DNA of 64,000 nucleotides from Azolla caroliniana (lineage: Eukaryota; Plantae; Polypodiophyta): positions 7,068,001-7,132,000 of the forward strand of contig JBHGNT010000016.1 in NCBI GenBank assembly GCA_043228905.1. Direction: 5' to 3'. Made by a program: the position numbers and the translations under genes. Below, one piece after another: positions 1 through 12,100 of the stretch. The notes below the pieces were generated by a model. That model saw nothing but the letters and a program-made list of their open reading frames with translations. It was not told where the DNA came from and did not search any database. The first letter of the stretch is position 1; every line of letters begins with the position of its first letter.

Positions 1-941
1 TTGTCGGAGTTGAAGCTTTCGGGTGGTAGTGTTGGCGGCGAACATTTTCTTTAAGTTCGCCCATGCTTCTTTAGGCGTCTCGGTGTCTCGAATGTGGCTA
101 AGCATGTGGTCGTGGACCCATGTTGCCAAGCAATACATGACTCGACTCGTCACTTGCTCCCATGTTGTGTAGTCGGCGTTCTTTGAGTCGGGTCGATTTT
201 CTTGAGCGTCGTTGATGTAGCTCCAATACCCTTGGTCGACAAGGTATTGGGTCATCTTGTACTCCCAAGATGAATAATTGCTCCGGTCTAGCTTTTCACT
301 AGGGAGCGAGCTACCTATTTGTGTGTTCATGTTGATTGTGTCTTCTCTTCTTTTGTTTTTCTTCCTTTGATCACGTACACGTGCTACGTAGTGGCACTAC
401 GGTAGCCGATAGCTGGATTTTATCGTCGGCGTCTCGAACACACAATCACGGAGTCAGATGGGCTTAGTGGAATTTCTAAACCACATGCTCTGATACCATG
501 TTAAGAATTAGGTAAGTAATTAAGCAAGGATTAATTAGTACCTAATTATGTGACTAGTTAAGCGCGGAAGATTATGTGATATGTGTGTGTATGTGTGTGA
601 GAGGAAGAGAGAGAGAGATATATATACTTATGAATAACACAAGATGGGGGATGAGTAACTATATCAAATTAGCATTATCATCGTCAAATCCAAAAATACC
701 CACAATGAGGTATATATACATCTCATGTGCAAAGGTGCACATTGTGAGTAAAATATAGGTACTAATGTGTAAGTCCTATATTAAATGTACTTAGGAGTGG
801 AGGATCTAGAATATCCCACTTAAGTACAAGGTCCTATTTAAGGCGTTATAGTCAACACTTCTAACTAGATTCTATCTAGGTAACTACGAAGTTACATTAT
901 TGACTAACTAACTAAACTAAGTTGAGCTTGATCTCTCAACA
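1..941 (-). mobile_element. 5' end of a Ty1/copia LTR retrotransposon (LTR 499-941, PBS 487-498, degenerate gag from ATG 330); continues beyond the window start
   Basis: TG...CA-bounded LTR, tRNA-iMet PBS (TGGTATCAGAGC on minus), gag start GSSLPSEKLDRSNYSSWEYKMTQYLVDQGYW homologous to the gag at 27635-27985. Confidence 0.85.
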
Positions 942-1599
942 AGGATCATGCAATTGCAAGGCAGTGTCATGACTTGAGAGCAGGAGGGAGAAAAGAAACA
1001 AAGAAATCTTAACGATTTCTAAGGCCAAAATTGGCCCATGAGACAACTGGTGTACAACAAAATGGGGTATTTATCCAATAATCAAAACTAAAAAAATAAA
1101 ATAAAAATAGAACTTAAGCTAAAAGAGTTCTAGTATTGTACAAACGTGGTATGATGTAACACATTCGATAAAGGAAATGACTTTGCACTAAGCCTAATTT
1201 AATTTCCACCCAAGCCTCTTGAAAAGAAGTGGGAGGTCAAAGGGTTTCGGTGTGGGCGTGACTCGTGGTCCCAGTGTAGAGAGTGCCCAAGCCATGGCTT
1301 CTATGCGACATAGCTCACTTTCCATTATTTTCTTAATTGCTAATACACCCCGTCGAGTTACTTTGAAACCCGACATCCGAGGTTGTTTGGTTCTTCTTTG
1401 GTTTTCTGCTTCATCAAGGAAGAGGCTGAGTGGTGCAGGTGTGTCAACATTTGTTGTCTCCCCATGTCCCTGAAAAACTTCATTTGTTACATGTTGGTGA
1501 ATATTAGAAACATTATTGTCATTATTTTGTAGCTTATTCTCTCTGTGTTGTTTTAGCTCTAGGATATATCTGCCTAATTTCTTTATATCTAGAGTATCT

Positions 1600-2410
1600 A
1601 ATATTTTGGGGAGGGTGGGAGAGGAATCAAGTATGTCTCAATATTTTGCCCTAATCTCAACATAAGTTTGACACTTGCATGTAAAGTGATACTCATCCTC
1701 TATCTCTATGTGACATAGTATACATATCCTTTCCTCTCTAGGAACTCCATTGGTACGACCATTCTCAATCTCAAGTTGGTGAGATGATATTCTAAGTTGT
1801 CCAATGGCAACCATTAGTGTATTTGGTAAGAATGCATCTAGATATTTTGGCCATGTAATAAAACCTAACTTAGAGAAGTGCATGAAGTGTTCCTTAGATC
1901 CATTTATACCGAGTGTAAATTTGCCATATTTCTTGGCGTATTACTTTATTACGATCCTCGTGAGATATTAAAGTGTTATCAATCACGCGGTTGTACCTAA
2001 GGGGATGTAGGTCTAGACTGTTCGCAAGAAGCCAACTCACCATCATGCCATACCATGATCTAGTATAGTGGGACTCATACAGTGATCGAGAGGCCTCAAA
2101 GGCTTGATGAGATATCCTATAATGTGGTTGGCTATGTATCCTATGAATAAAGCCTACAAGTTGAAAAAATGCTTGTACTAACATCGGGGGTAAATTTAAC
2201 TCCGCTCTAATAATGTCATGTGGTACTGTTGATTTGCTTCGGAGTTGGCGTGATAACATCATCACCAATGATCTCTCTAATTGTGTCCACATGAAAGATG
2301 GTAGCCCTAGAGCCCAAACCACTGATGCATACATGAGGGAGGGGGTCACTAATGAGTCGAAGAGCCACCCCTTAGTTCGTAGGTCTTGAAAGTATGCTTG
2401 GTGGCATTGT
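1600..2410 (-). mobile_element. Degenerate 3' fragment of a non-LTR retrotransposon ORF2 (RTEX/RTE-like)
   Basis: ORFs 1894-2466 and 1638-1883 with RISSHQLEIENGR...ERICILCHIEIEDEYHFTCKC (CCHC knuckle); homologous to 56659-57630. Confidence 0.7.
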
Positions 2411-2772
2411 CTCTCTAGGAGTGAGTGAGAGAGAGACGAGAAGGAGTTTATATTATAAGAGAACAAGGGCTACAAAGAGTAGGCTAAGGGGTGAAGACTA
2501 GTGTTGAACCGAATGAGTTGTGATTAATGAATAGACACCTATTTGTAGGTCCTTATGGAGTATTTTAAAACGTTCTAGAATATTTATGATATTTAAGATA
2601 ATCATGGAATATTCTAGAATGTTCTAGAATAATCTAAATATCTTGTAATAGTTAATAATATAATTATTATACTATACATCATATATGTTATTATAATGGT
2701 TAAAGGTTTAACACATAGACCAAGAAGTTGTGGGTTCAAATCCTTGTAAGCCAAAATGTATGTCTTCATGAT
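2411..2772 (-). mobile_element. Diverged partial/solo gypsy LTR related to the LTRs at 23337-23788 and 26121-26524
   Basis: Shared blocks GAGTGAGTGAGAGAGA, AAGACTAGTGTTGAA, GGAGTA..., TTCTAGAATGTTCTAGA, terminal tRNA-like segment, end CATGATA (vs CATGACA). Confidence 0.6.
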
Positions 2773-2949
2773 AGGTGACAATATACAATAATGGTGCTAT
2801 CTCTTGTCGAAATGGCTCTTCCCATTGAGAACTCCCCCCATGTGACATCCCCCTAACGTCTCTAGATTGTAGAAGGATCCCTCTAGTCCCTTGTACACAT
2901 GATACCTCATGTATTTCTTCTTAACTAATGGGTAGCATATTTGTATTTG

Positions 2950-3187
2950 TGATGTGGTCTCTTGAAATGCATTGATTATTGGATATGCCCAATGTGGTGA
3001 GGCCAAAGAAGCAACGAGATGCTTCAGCGAAATGAAATGTGAGGATATCCCTCCTAATACTATCAACTTCTCATGTATCTTGAAAGTGTGTGGTAGTGAT
3101 GGAACCCTTCATGAAGGAAAACATGTACATGATGAAATTATCCAGAAAAAGTTGCTTGGAAAGAATTTGGTGTTTGGCACGACTTTA
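2950..3187 (+). pseudogene. Orphan PLS-class pentatricopeptide repeat (PPR) gene fragment
   Basis: DVVS*NALIIGYAQCGEAKEATRCFSEMKCEDIPPNTINFSCILKVCGSDGTLHEGKHVHDEII; conserved W replaced by TGA; no further repeats on either side. Confidence 0.8.
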
Positions 3188-6100
3188 CAATATTCATTAT
3201 AATATTGAACTACATTGTATAATGCCTCTGACAACTTTACTTTTAGTACTAGAGGATATTTTTTCATGAAAAAAAAAGCCAACAAATACTACATTCATAG
3301 AGAGCAATATTGTTATGGTGTGCATTAATGCAAGCACATTTTGAGGAGTGACTCTAGTGAATCAAGTTACCAAGCGAGTTTGCCATGGTTGAAATAATGA
3401 GAGGGTGCCTTCAAGTTAATGCAGAATGACTTCTTCAATGGAAACAATCCTTTTTTAAAGCCATATGTTTATGGTGTCATTACAATCTGTTTAATTCGTA
3501 GTATATAGTTATAACTTATATCTTCTTAAATGTCTTTATTACATAGGTTGACAATCTAAAGTATCAAATAGGTTGGCAAACCATACTATGGAGCACACTA
3601 ATCCATTTTATTCATGTGACTCATTGCACATAACACATGAAATCTCCCAATTATCGAATGCCCAAACATGCTAATTCTTTTACCCAACATGTGCATAATG
3701 TCTAGAAGGCACATTCATCCTTTTTATTCATGTCATTCATTGCATATGACACATGAAAACACTCAATTATTCAATTGCCAAACATGCTAATTTTATTATG
3801 CAATAGGTGACATTCATTGCATATAACAAAACATGTTAAATTCCTATAACTATTCAATAAATTGCATTTAGCACATAGGATAAGTGGTATTCATTCATGC
3901 GAAGATACGTTGACTAAGTTAAGCGAGTCGTAGACATGTTAACATAGGAATGATAATAACATTTTTGATATGTAGTAACAATGATAGGTTAGATTGTTAT
4001 ACATGGTCATCACCATGACAATAATTGTGATAGAAATGAATACATATATCAATATGCGATGATATGAGATTAGGTTAGCCATTGCTAGAACAAAAACTCA
4101 TGGTATATTCACATATAGCTTAGATTATCAACTACTTCTAAAGAGGTTTAGGTTGGGCATAATACATATCGTGTTTATGTTGTATTGTGTAAACTACATT
4201 TTTTTAGACACGTATCCTAAACATTTGATGATTATATCATGTTACTTTTATCACATGTATAGATTTAAATACATGCAAGAGTTATTTTAATTGACCACGA
4301 TCATGGCTCGTTGACTACATTAAAGGAGGAATGGAACATAACATAATAGATTTTTTATCGTTCACTATGAGGCTAATTTTGACCTATATAACCAAATCAA
4401 CACGTCATCTTGGATGTGGCTCCTTCCTAAGAAGGGAAGTTACTACTTTGTAGTAAAAACTCTCGATGTGAAAATAATGCACACCCATATGCGCTCACCC
4501 TTATTGGTGGAAACTTGAGCATGGCACTCACATTATCATGCTCGTATAACAATTAACAAATAAAGAATGTTTTATCGTCTAGACAATCAATAATTGTGAC
4601 GAAAAATGAGTGCATGCAAGTTGTAGTTACCATCAAAGTAGCTTTAAACATATAAAATTCAAGAAAAACATTTAAGTGTGCTAACATTCACACATTATTC
4701 GGATTGTCACGGAATAATGCATTATGTCTCTTTTATTGTTCTCATTAATTCAACATAAAATGTTAAAACTCCTTTATGTCTAATAGAACTTAGATGTGTC
4801 AATATTGGGATGGTATGTATAGAGAAACCCTCATTTGCAGATAAGGTTGTAGAAATCCCCAAGCTTAAGGTGTTGGTTAGAGACATAAAAGAACTACCAA
4901 CAGAGATTAGAGTCCACATGGAGGTTTTTGGCCTAAGGGTGGTGAAGGTTGGTTATGAAGGCTTGCCGGGCCAGTGCTTTGCATGTAAGGAAATGGGCCA
5001 TATGGCCAAACATTGCCCTTTGTATTGGAAGAAAAGAGAAGGCAAGCGAAATCAGGGAACCAAGATGCCCGATAACCCAATGTCAGTGATTGGGAGGGCA
5101 GAGGATCCTCGCTCATGTTGGGAAGAAAGTCACTGGGGAAGAAGGATGGGTAACGCCAAGGAAAGTGGCCAGGTCTAACATTCATATTCATAAGGGTCCC
5201 CATACAAGTGACGGTTCCAGTTCGAATAGATTTGATATCTTGTCACAAAGGAAAGAGGAAACCCAAGAGGGTGAGATCATTTTGACGACTCCAATTGATT
5301 GCTTCCAAGAGTCGAGACCCTCGAAACACTTGTAGAGCCCTCTGAAAGCCGGGGCAAGAGATTTTCATCAGACCTAAGAACGGTTAAGGCGTGGATTAGG
5401 AAAGGGAAGGACAAGGAGAGTCATGCGGACATGGGTAATAGTGAAGTGTAGAAAATGCTTGCCCGGAGTGAGGCTAGAAATCCCTTGATTGTGGGAGTTG
5501 ACTTTGTTATGATGAAAGACTAGAAGATGCAAGGTATGGAGATACCCAAGGTCGCGGTGAACATTGGTACTCCCAAGGAAAGAGTTCACGGTTGGAATAG
5601 AGCACACATGGTCCTCATCAATAAGGACTCTCGTAGACCGGAGATCGGTTGCTCCTTCGAATTGGAGCCTGATTTGGACGATAGAAGGGGACAAGAATCC
5701 TCCCTGAAGACGTTTTGTATCATGGCAGCAGTGTGTATGTGTTACCTTATATCTAAAAACGAGGCCACAGGGCTACATGCACAATGGAAGAGCTCCTTGA
5801 TGCACGAGGAGATTCTTGAACTTGGTCCAAATGTTCCCTTGGTTTGCATATGGAGGATGCATGATCTTATGCTAAATCTTGGTCAGTTCCACTTCCATTG
5901 TGGTGAATTACCCACTGATAAAAAATGGGAAATAAGAATGGAGTGGGAAAACATATGGAGTATGATGACGACATATTTGTCGAGTGAGGGTGAATCCCCC
6001 TTGGCTCTTCTTTTGAACCCAAGTCAATGAGACTTTTCTCTTGAATGTGCAGGGACTTGGTGGGTCCCATCATCTGCTTGAGAAGCGAATTTTTAGGAAG

Positions 6101-7429
6101 GAATTTGAAGTTGTTACCTTATGTAGGAAGATTGATATTTTGCTCTTACAAGAGCATCACCTTGGCCAAGAAAGGACAAAACTTTTCAAAGACCCATTGC
6201 AAGGAGATTGGCACACATGGTGGGCTCCAGCTCATGGTGTGCTAGAAAGGAGAGGTGGAGTTTGTATTTCGGTGAGAAAATCACTGGATATTGCCGTTTT
6301 TGATCATGGCATACTGATAGAAGGAAGGGTCATGTTCTGCTACCTAGAATGGAGGAATGTGAAATTTGGGGTGTTGAATGTCTATGCACCAAATAGTAAC
6401 AGTGAGAGGACCTCTTTTTGGAGTGAGCTGGCAAACAAAATCCCCTCTTATGACAACTGGATAGTAGTAGGAGATTTCAACATGATTGAGAGGACCGATG
6501 ATTGTCTGGGGGCTCACTCGAACTTGTTACAAGGAGAGGAGCTTAGAACATGGGGTTTCTTAATTGCTATGCTTGGAATAAGAGATTCTTGGTATGCTAG
6601 TATGGTGGTTGAGGAGAATTCCTTGTGGTTTTCACGATTTGGTTAGAAGGAGAGTGAAGGATGTCACTCTAGATTGGACCGCATCTATGTGAGCCCCAAA
6701 CTCCGATCACCTTCCAATTTCCTTGACTCTTGATCTTATTCATAAGAAGAAGATTTAGTGCAATTTGAGGATTCCTCCGAATATTTTTGGTATCCAGAAG
6801 GTTAAGGATGAAGTGATTAACATATGTTAAGCATCTCCATCATCCGATGACCCATTACAGGTATTAGAGGATAAGATTATTAATTCTTCACAGCTCTTTA
6901 GAAAGCGGCTAGAGAGGAGCTGGGATGGTGTCATTCCTAGCTACAACGCCTGAGGAAGGCAGTCATGTCAGCTCAAATGCCTACGCAAGTGGACCCACAT
7001 TGTTCTTGGGCGAAAGATAGACTGCATGAAGCCACAAGGGTGCTGCAGGAGACTAGGCAGCAACGAGAGCAATTCCTCTTCAGAAAGTCGGCAGCATGGT
7101 GGGCTGTCAAGGGAGATAAAGTTAACAGTGAGTTTTTTCTTACCAAGGCTCCAAAATTGAAGGGAAAGCCTATTCTAAGTCTTTAGCGAGAGGATGATTT
7201 GGTGACAACTGAACAAGATGAAATCTTGCAAATGGCAACAAAGTATTACAGAGACCTTTTAGCTCCAACATTGACAGAAGCCCCACCGATTCACTTGATG
7301 CATCATTTAGTTGCATGCTTGAAGACCAGGATTGGAGAGGTAGCCAAATCACAATTGTCAAAGACCATAGAGAAGGAAGAGATTGTCGCGGGGCTAGATA
7401 GGATTCATAGTAGGGCTTGCCCTGGAGTT

Positions 7430-7707
7430 TGTTGAGAACTCGACGTTCCTTATGTCCAACGCTCGGCCACAACCGAGATTCTTTACATACACAGAAAAAC
7501 AGGTAACGAAACGCGATACAAAAGAGGAGAAATGGTACACAGGAGGTATACGTGGAAAACCCCAAAATAGGGGAAAAAACCACGGCAGCCCACAAGCTGC
7601 AAACTGTCACTATGCAGAAATATACAACAGTGAGATCACTGAGGCAACGATCTCGTGTTCTCAGATCTTCGCCACAGGCGGCGGTTACAACAGAGGCAAC
7701 GACCTCG

Positions 7708-7738
<31 letters not shown>

Positions 7739-8069
7739 GTACAGTTACGCGCTCTAATTTCTCCTTGCACCAACAAGAAGGAATAACAACAAGAATGACA
7801 ACACTACTAAAAAAATTGCCCTAAGTCATATTTATACTAATATGACTTTTCGGCTATTTACAAATGTAGCCTCGATGGGCTCCATCCGACTCTCCGCAGT
7901 CGGGTACTCCTCATCCGGTTCATACCGGGCCTACACCATCCGACTCTCCGAAGTCGGGTTCTCCCCATCCGGTTCATACCGTTTTGGCCTCGGCCTATCG
8001 GCTTCGGCCGAGTTTGTTCGTCGGCACTGTTCTTCTCCCTTCCCATCCGGAGGGACCTGTCTTCCAACA
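7430..8069 (-). repeat. 3' LTR of copia A (640 bp)
   Basis: TG..CA ends; about 99% identical to 17675-18310. Confidence 0.95.
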
Positions 8070-8079
8070 AACTCCCCCT

Positions 8080-9042
8080 TCACTCCGGCATGGGGTGTCT
8101 TTCCAGCCCGATCCTCTTCCGGCATGCGTCCAGCTTGTCGGGTGTCAGCACTTTGGTCAGCATATTTGACCCGTTCTCGGCCGTGTGGATCTTCGTCAGT
8201 GCGAACTCCTGGTCATCTACCCTTTCCCGGATCCAGTGATACCTCCGCTGGATATGCTTCGTCCGGGAATGGTAGGCCGCATTCTTAGCAAGGTGGATGG
8301 CACTTTGACTGTCGCAGTAGAGTCGGTATTCCTCTTGCCGGATACCGAGCTCTCCGATGAAGTCCTTCATCCATAATATTTCCTTGCCGGCTTCTACAGC
8401 CGCCATGTACTCCGCCTCTGTGGTTGACAATGCAACCGTCTTCTGCAGCCTCGACTGCCACGAAACAGCTCCCCCTGCATATGTCATCACATACCCGGAT
8501 GTAGACCGGCTGGTATCCACATCAGCCGACATGTCCGAATCGGTGAAACCGTCCAGTTGAGGTTTTCCGGTGCCGAATCGGAGACACATATTTGAAGTGC
8601 CCTTCAAATACCGGAGTATCCATTTGACCGCGTTCCAATGCTGCTTGCCGGGATTACTCATGAACCGGCTCACCACTCCGACTGCGTATCCAATGTCCGG
8701 TCGGGTACAAACCATTGCGTACATCAAGCTCCCGACGGCAGAGGCATATGGAATCTTCATCATATCTGCCTTCTCTCCTTTTGTCTTCGGGCTTTGCTTG
8801 CCGGACAACTTGCAGTTCGCCGGAAGTGTCGATCCGACCGGTTTTGCATCTGACATGTTGAACCGGTGAAGCACCTTTGTCACATACTTCTCCTGTGACA
8901 GCCATAGTTGCTTCACTGACCGGTCCCGAATGATGTGCATCCCCAACATCTGTCTTGCCGGACCCAAGTCCTTCATTGCGAAGGTCCGGTTGAGAGCCTT
9001 CTTCAGCATCCGTATTTTTCCTTGGTCTCGTCCGACGATCAA
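8080..9042 (-). CDS. Copia A gag-pol, C-terminal part (RT end and RNase H)
   Basis: In-frame continuation LIVGRDQ...MKDLG...TEAEY...CDSQSAI; the stop codon abuts the PPT. Confidence 0.93.
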   Translation of the reverse strand: MIVGRDQGKIRMLKKALNRTFAMKDLGPARQMLGMHIIRDRSVKQLWLSQEKYVTKVLHRFNMSDAKPVGSTLPANCKLSGKQSPKTKGEKADMMKIPYASAVGSLMYAMVCTRPDIGYAVGVVSRFMSNPGKQHWNAVKWILRYLKGTSNMCLRFGTGKPQLDGFTDSDMSADVDTSRSTSGYVMTYAGGAVSWQSRLQKTVALSTTEAEYMAAVEAGKEILWMKDFIGELGIRQEEYRLYCDSQSAIHLAKNAAYHSRTKHIQRRYHWIRERVDDQEFALTKIHTAENGSNMLTKVLTPDKLDACRKRIGLERHPMPE

Positions 9043-9047
9043 CATGT

Positions 9048-9133
9048 TGTTGGAGACAAGGCCGTGTCGATGCGGAAGATCAAGAAGGATTCGATTCTGT
9101 TCTGTACCTGCGTATGACAGTTTCTAGGTCGTT

Positions 9134-9170
<37 letters not shown>

Positions 9171-12100
9171 CACAAAAGACTTTCTATTCAATAGAAACAA
9201 TAATACAACACCCAACCTTACAAAGAGGTTATAAGGTCACTATATATAGTGACCGACTTAGGGCAACTCCCATTTATGCTAATTACACAAATGGCCCAAA
9301 GGGATAGTGTGAATACGTCCATTATACACTTGTATTCGACACTCCCCCGTAATGGGCGTATACATGGGTTATCTAAGATTACAGGTATAAACTTAGGTTC
9401 TCGGACATATCAGTTTTGTTCGAGTCGGTAGGGTCCGAGGCAGAAGACCGAACTGGTCGGGTCGGAAGAGTTGAAGCCGATCATTAAGGAACTGATGTCG
9501 GTTGTCGGAAACCATCCTGCGCTGTGTCCGGCTCTAACCGGACTGGTTTGTCGTTACGCCCATCTGATGCCGAAGAGACCGAAAGCGGTCTGCCGAAAGA
9601 CACTTGGTCATTCCATCTGCGACATTGTCGGTTGTGGATATTTTCTTTAGACCGATTTTCCCTGAAATGACGCAGTCCCGAACGAAGTGATATCGAACGT
9701 CGATATGTTTGGAGGCGTTGTGGTGAACCGGATTTCTCGACAAGGCAACAACACCTTGACTGTCGCTATAGACAACTGGAGTCGAGTCGTGGTCGACTTG
9801 CCGAAACGTGTGCGCCAGCCGGCCGAGCCACAAAGCTTCTTTTGCTGCGTCGGACGCAGCTACATATTCTGCTTCAGTCGTTGAGGTCGCTGTGCACTCC
9901 TGAAGTTTCGACTTCCACGAGATTGCTCCATTGTCGAATTTGAAGCAGTATCCGGTTGTTGATTTCCGACTGTCTATACAGCCGGTGAAGTCCGAGTCGG
10001 TGTAACCGACTACGCCTGAGGTTCGGTTCGGACCGAAAAGAATGCCGTGGTCTTTTGTGCCAGCCAGATATCTGAACACATGCTTGACTGCGTTCCAATG
10101 CGATCGGCCAGGATTGTGCATAAATCTGCTAACGACTCCTACGGCATGAGAAATATCAGGCCGTGTCGCGACCATCAGGTACATAAGGGAGCCGACTGCC
10201 GGTGCATACGGTACCGCCTTCATATCTTCCCCCTCCGGACCGGATGTCGGGCAGTCTCGCTGAGAGAGCCGAAGATTCATGGGGAGCGGGGTTGAAGCAG
10301 ATTTGGCTGATTGCATGTTGAAGCGTTCCAAGACACGTCGAATATAGTCAGTCTGAGACAAAAAAAGATGTCGTTTATCGCGATGCCGACTAATCTTCAT
10401 GCCGAGTATGTGTCGTGCCGGACCGAGGTCCTTCATGGCAAACTTCAACCGCAGTTGCCGAATGAGATCGGCAAGTTCGCCCGCGTGGCGTCCAGAAATT
10501 AGCATGTCGTCCACGTAAATGATGAGGAAGATGGGTGATCCATCTTGAGCTGTGTTGGTGAAGAGACAATGGTCCTCATCGCTTTTTGAGAAGCCGATCG
10601 ATTGGATGAAGTCGTCGAACTTCTTGTACCATTGTCGCGGTGCCTGTTTGAGGCCGTATAGACTCTTCCTGAGTCGGCAGACTAGATGTTCTTGGCCAGT
10701 TGCCACGAAGCCTTTTGGCTGCTCCATATAAATTTCCTCGTTAAGATCACCATGGAGGAAGGCTGTTTTGACATCTAGCTGAATCAGCTCCAAGTTGTCG
10801 GCTGCCACTACGCCGAGTAGGAAGCGAAGGGTTGTCATTTTCACCACTGGTGAAAAAATCTCGTCGAAGTCGACGCCATATTCTTGTCGGAAGCCCTTCG
10901 CAACTAATCTGGCCTTGTACTTTGGGGTGGTCGAATCAGACGTCTCTTTTAGTCGATAAACCCACTTGCAAGGAAGAGCACGTCGGTTCCTAGGTAATTC
11001 GACCAGATCCCAAGTCTTGTTTGCCCGAATGGAGTGCATTTCCGACTCCATCGCCAGATGCCAGGTGGCTGAATCGACAGATGTCGATGCTTCTTCGTAA
11101 GACGTCGGTTCGCCGGCGTCGGTGAAGAAAATTCCAGGAGAATACCTCTCCGGAGGTTGCGACAGTCTCTCAGATCGTCGAGGTATGATTGGACGGGTCG
11201 CATCGGGTATCGAGGTCGGATGGTCCGAAAGCGGATTATTCTGCTGTGCCGAGTCGGAGTTGTCCGAGTCGGTAGTGTAAGGTTCAGCTACCCGTGAAGC
11301 TGACCGTGTGTTAAGAGCGGGGCCTTCTTGAAGGGTCGGCACATCGGAAAATGTTACCCTTCGGACTTCGATCGGTTTTTCGACTGATGGATTCATAGCC
11401 GACTCGTTGAACACAACGTCCGAACTTCGAACGATTTGTCTGCGTTCGGGGTCCCAGAGTCGGTATCCCATTTCGCCGTCTGATCCATATCCAAGGAAAA
11501 TGCATTTCCTGGACTGAGGTGCAAGTTTTCGGCGATCATCTTTCGGAATAAGGGCGTACGCCTCGCATCCGAAGATCCTCAGCTTGTCGTAATTCGGCTT
11601 ACTGCCGATCCATAGTTCCTGAGGAATTTGAAGTCCTAGAGGTCTACTTGGCGACATATTGATTATGTGTACTGCCGTGAGTAGAGCCTCTGCCCAGAAG
11701 CCATCCGACAGTCCGGAGTGTTGGAGCATGGAAACTATCCGTTCTTGGATTGTCCGATTCATGCGTTCGGCAATCCCGTTTTGCTCCGGACTGTGTGGTG
11801 CCGTAAATTCACGTCGGATGCCGCGTTGTCGGCAGAATTTGACGAATTCTTCGGATTTGAACTCTCCCCCATTGTCTGTCCGAAAGCATTTCAGCTTTCG
11901 GTCGGTTTGATTTTCTACCATAGCGAGCCAATCGGTGAAGATCGAGAAGACCCGATCTTTGGTGCGAATCGGATAAGCCCACACCTTTCGAGTCGAATCG
12001 TCAATAAAAGTGACGAAGTAAGAGGCACCGCCGAGAGACTGATGCGGCATTGGGCCACAGACGTCCGAGTGGACCAAATCGAGAGGTCTCGTTTCTCTTG

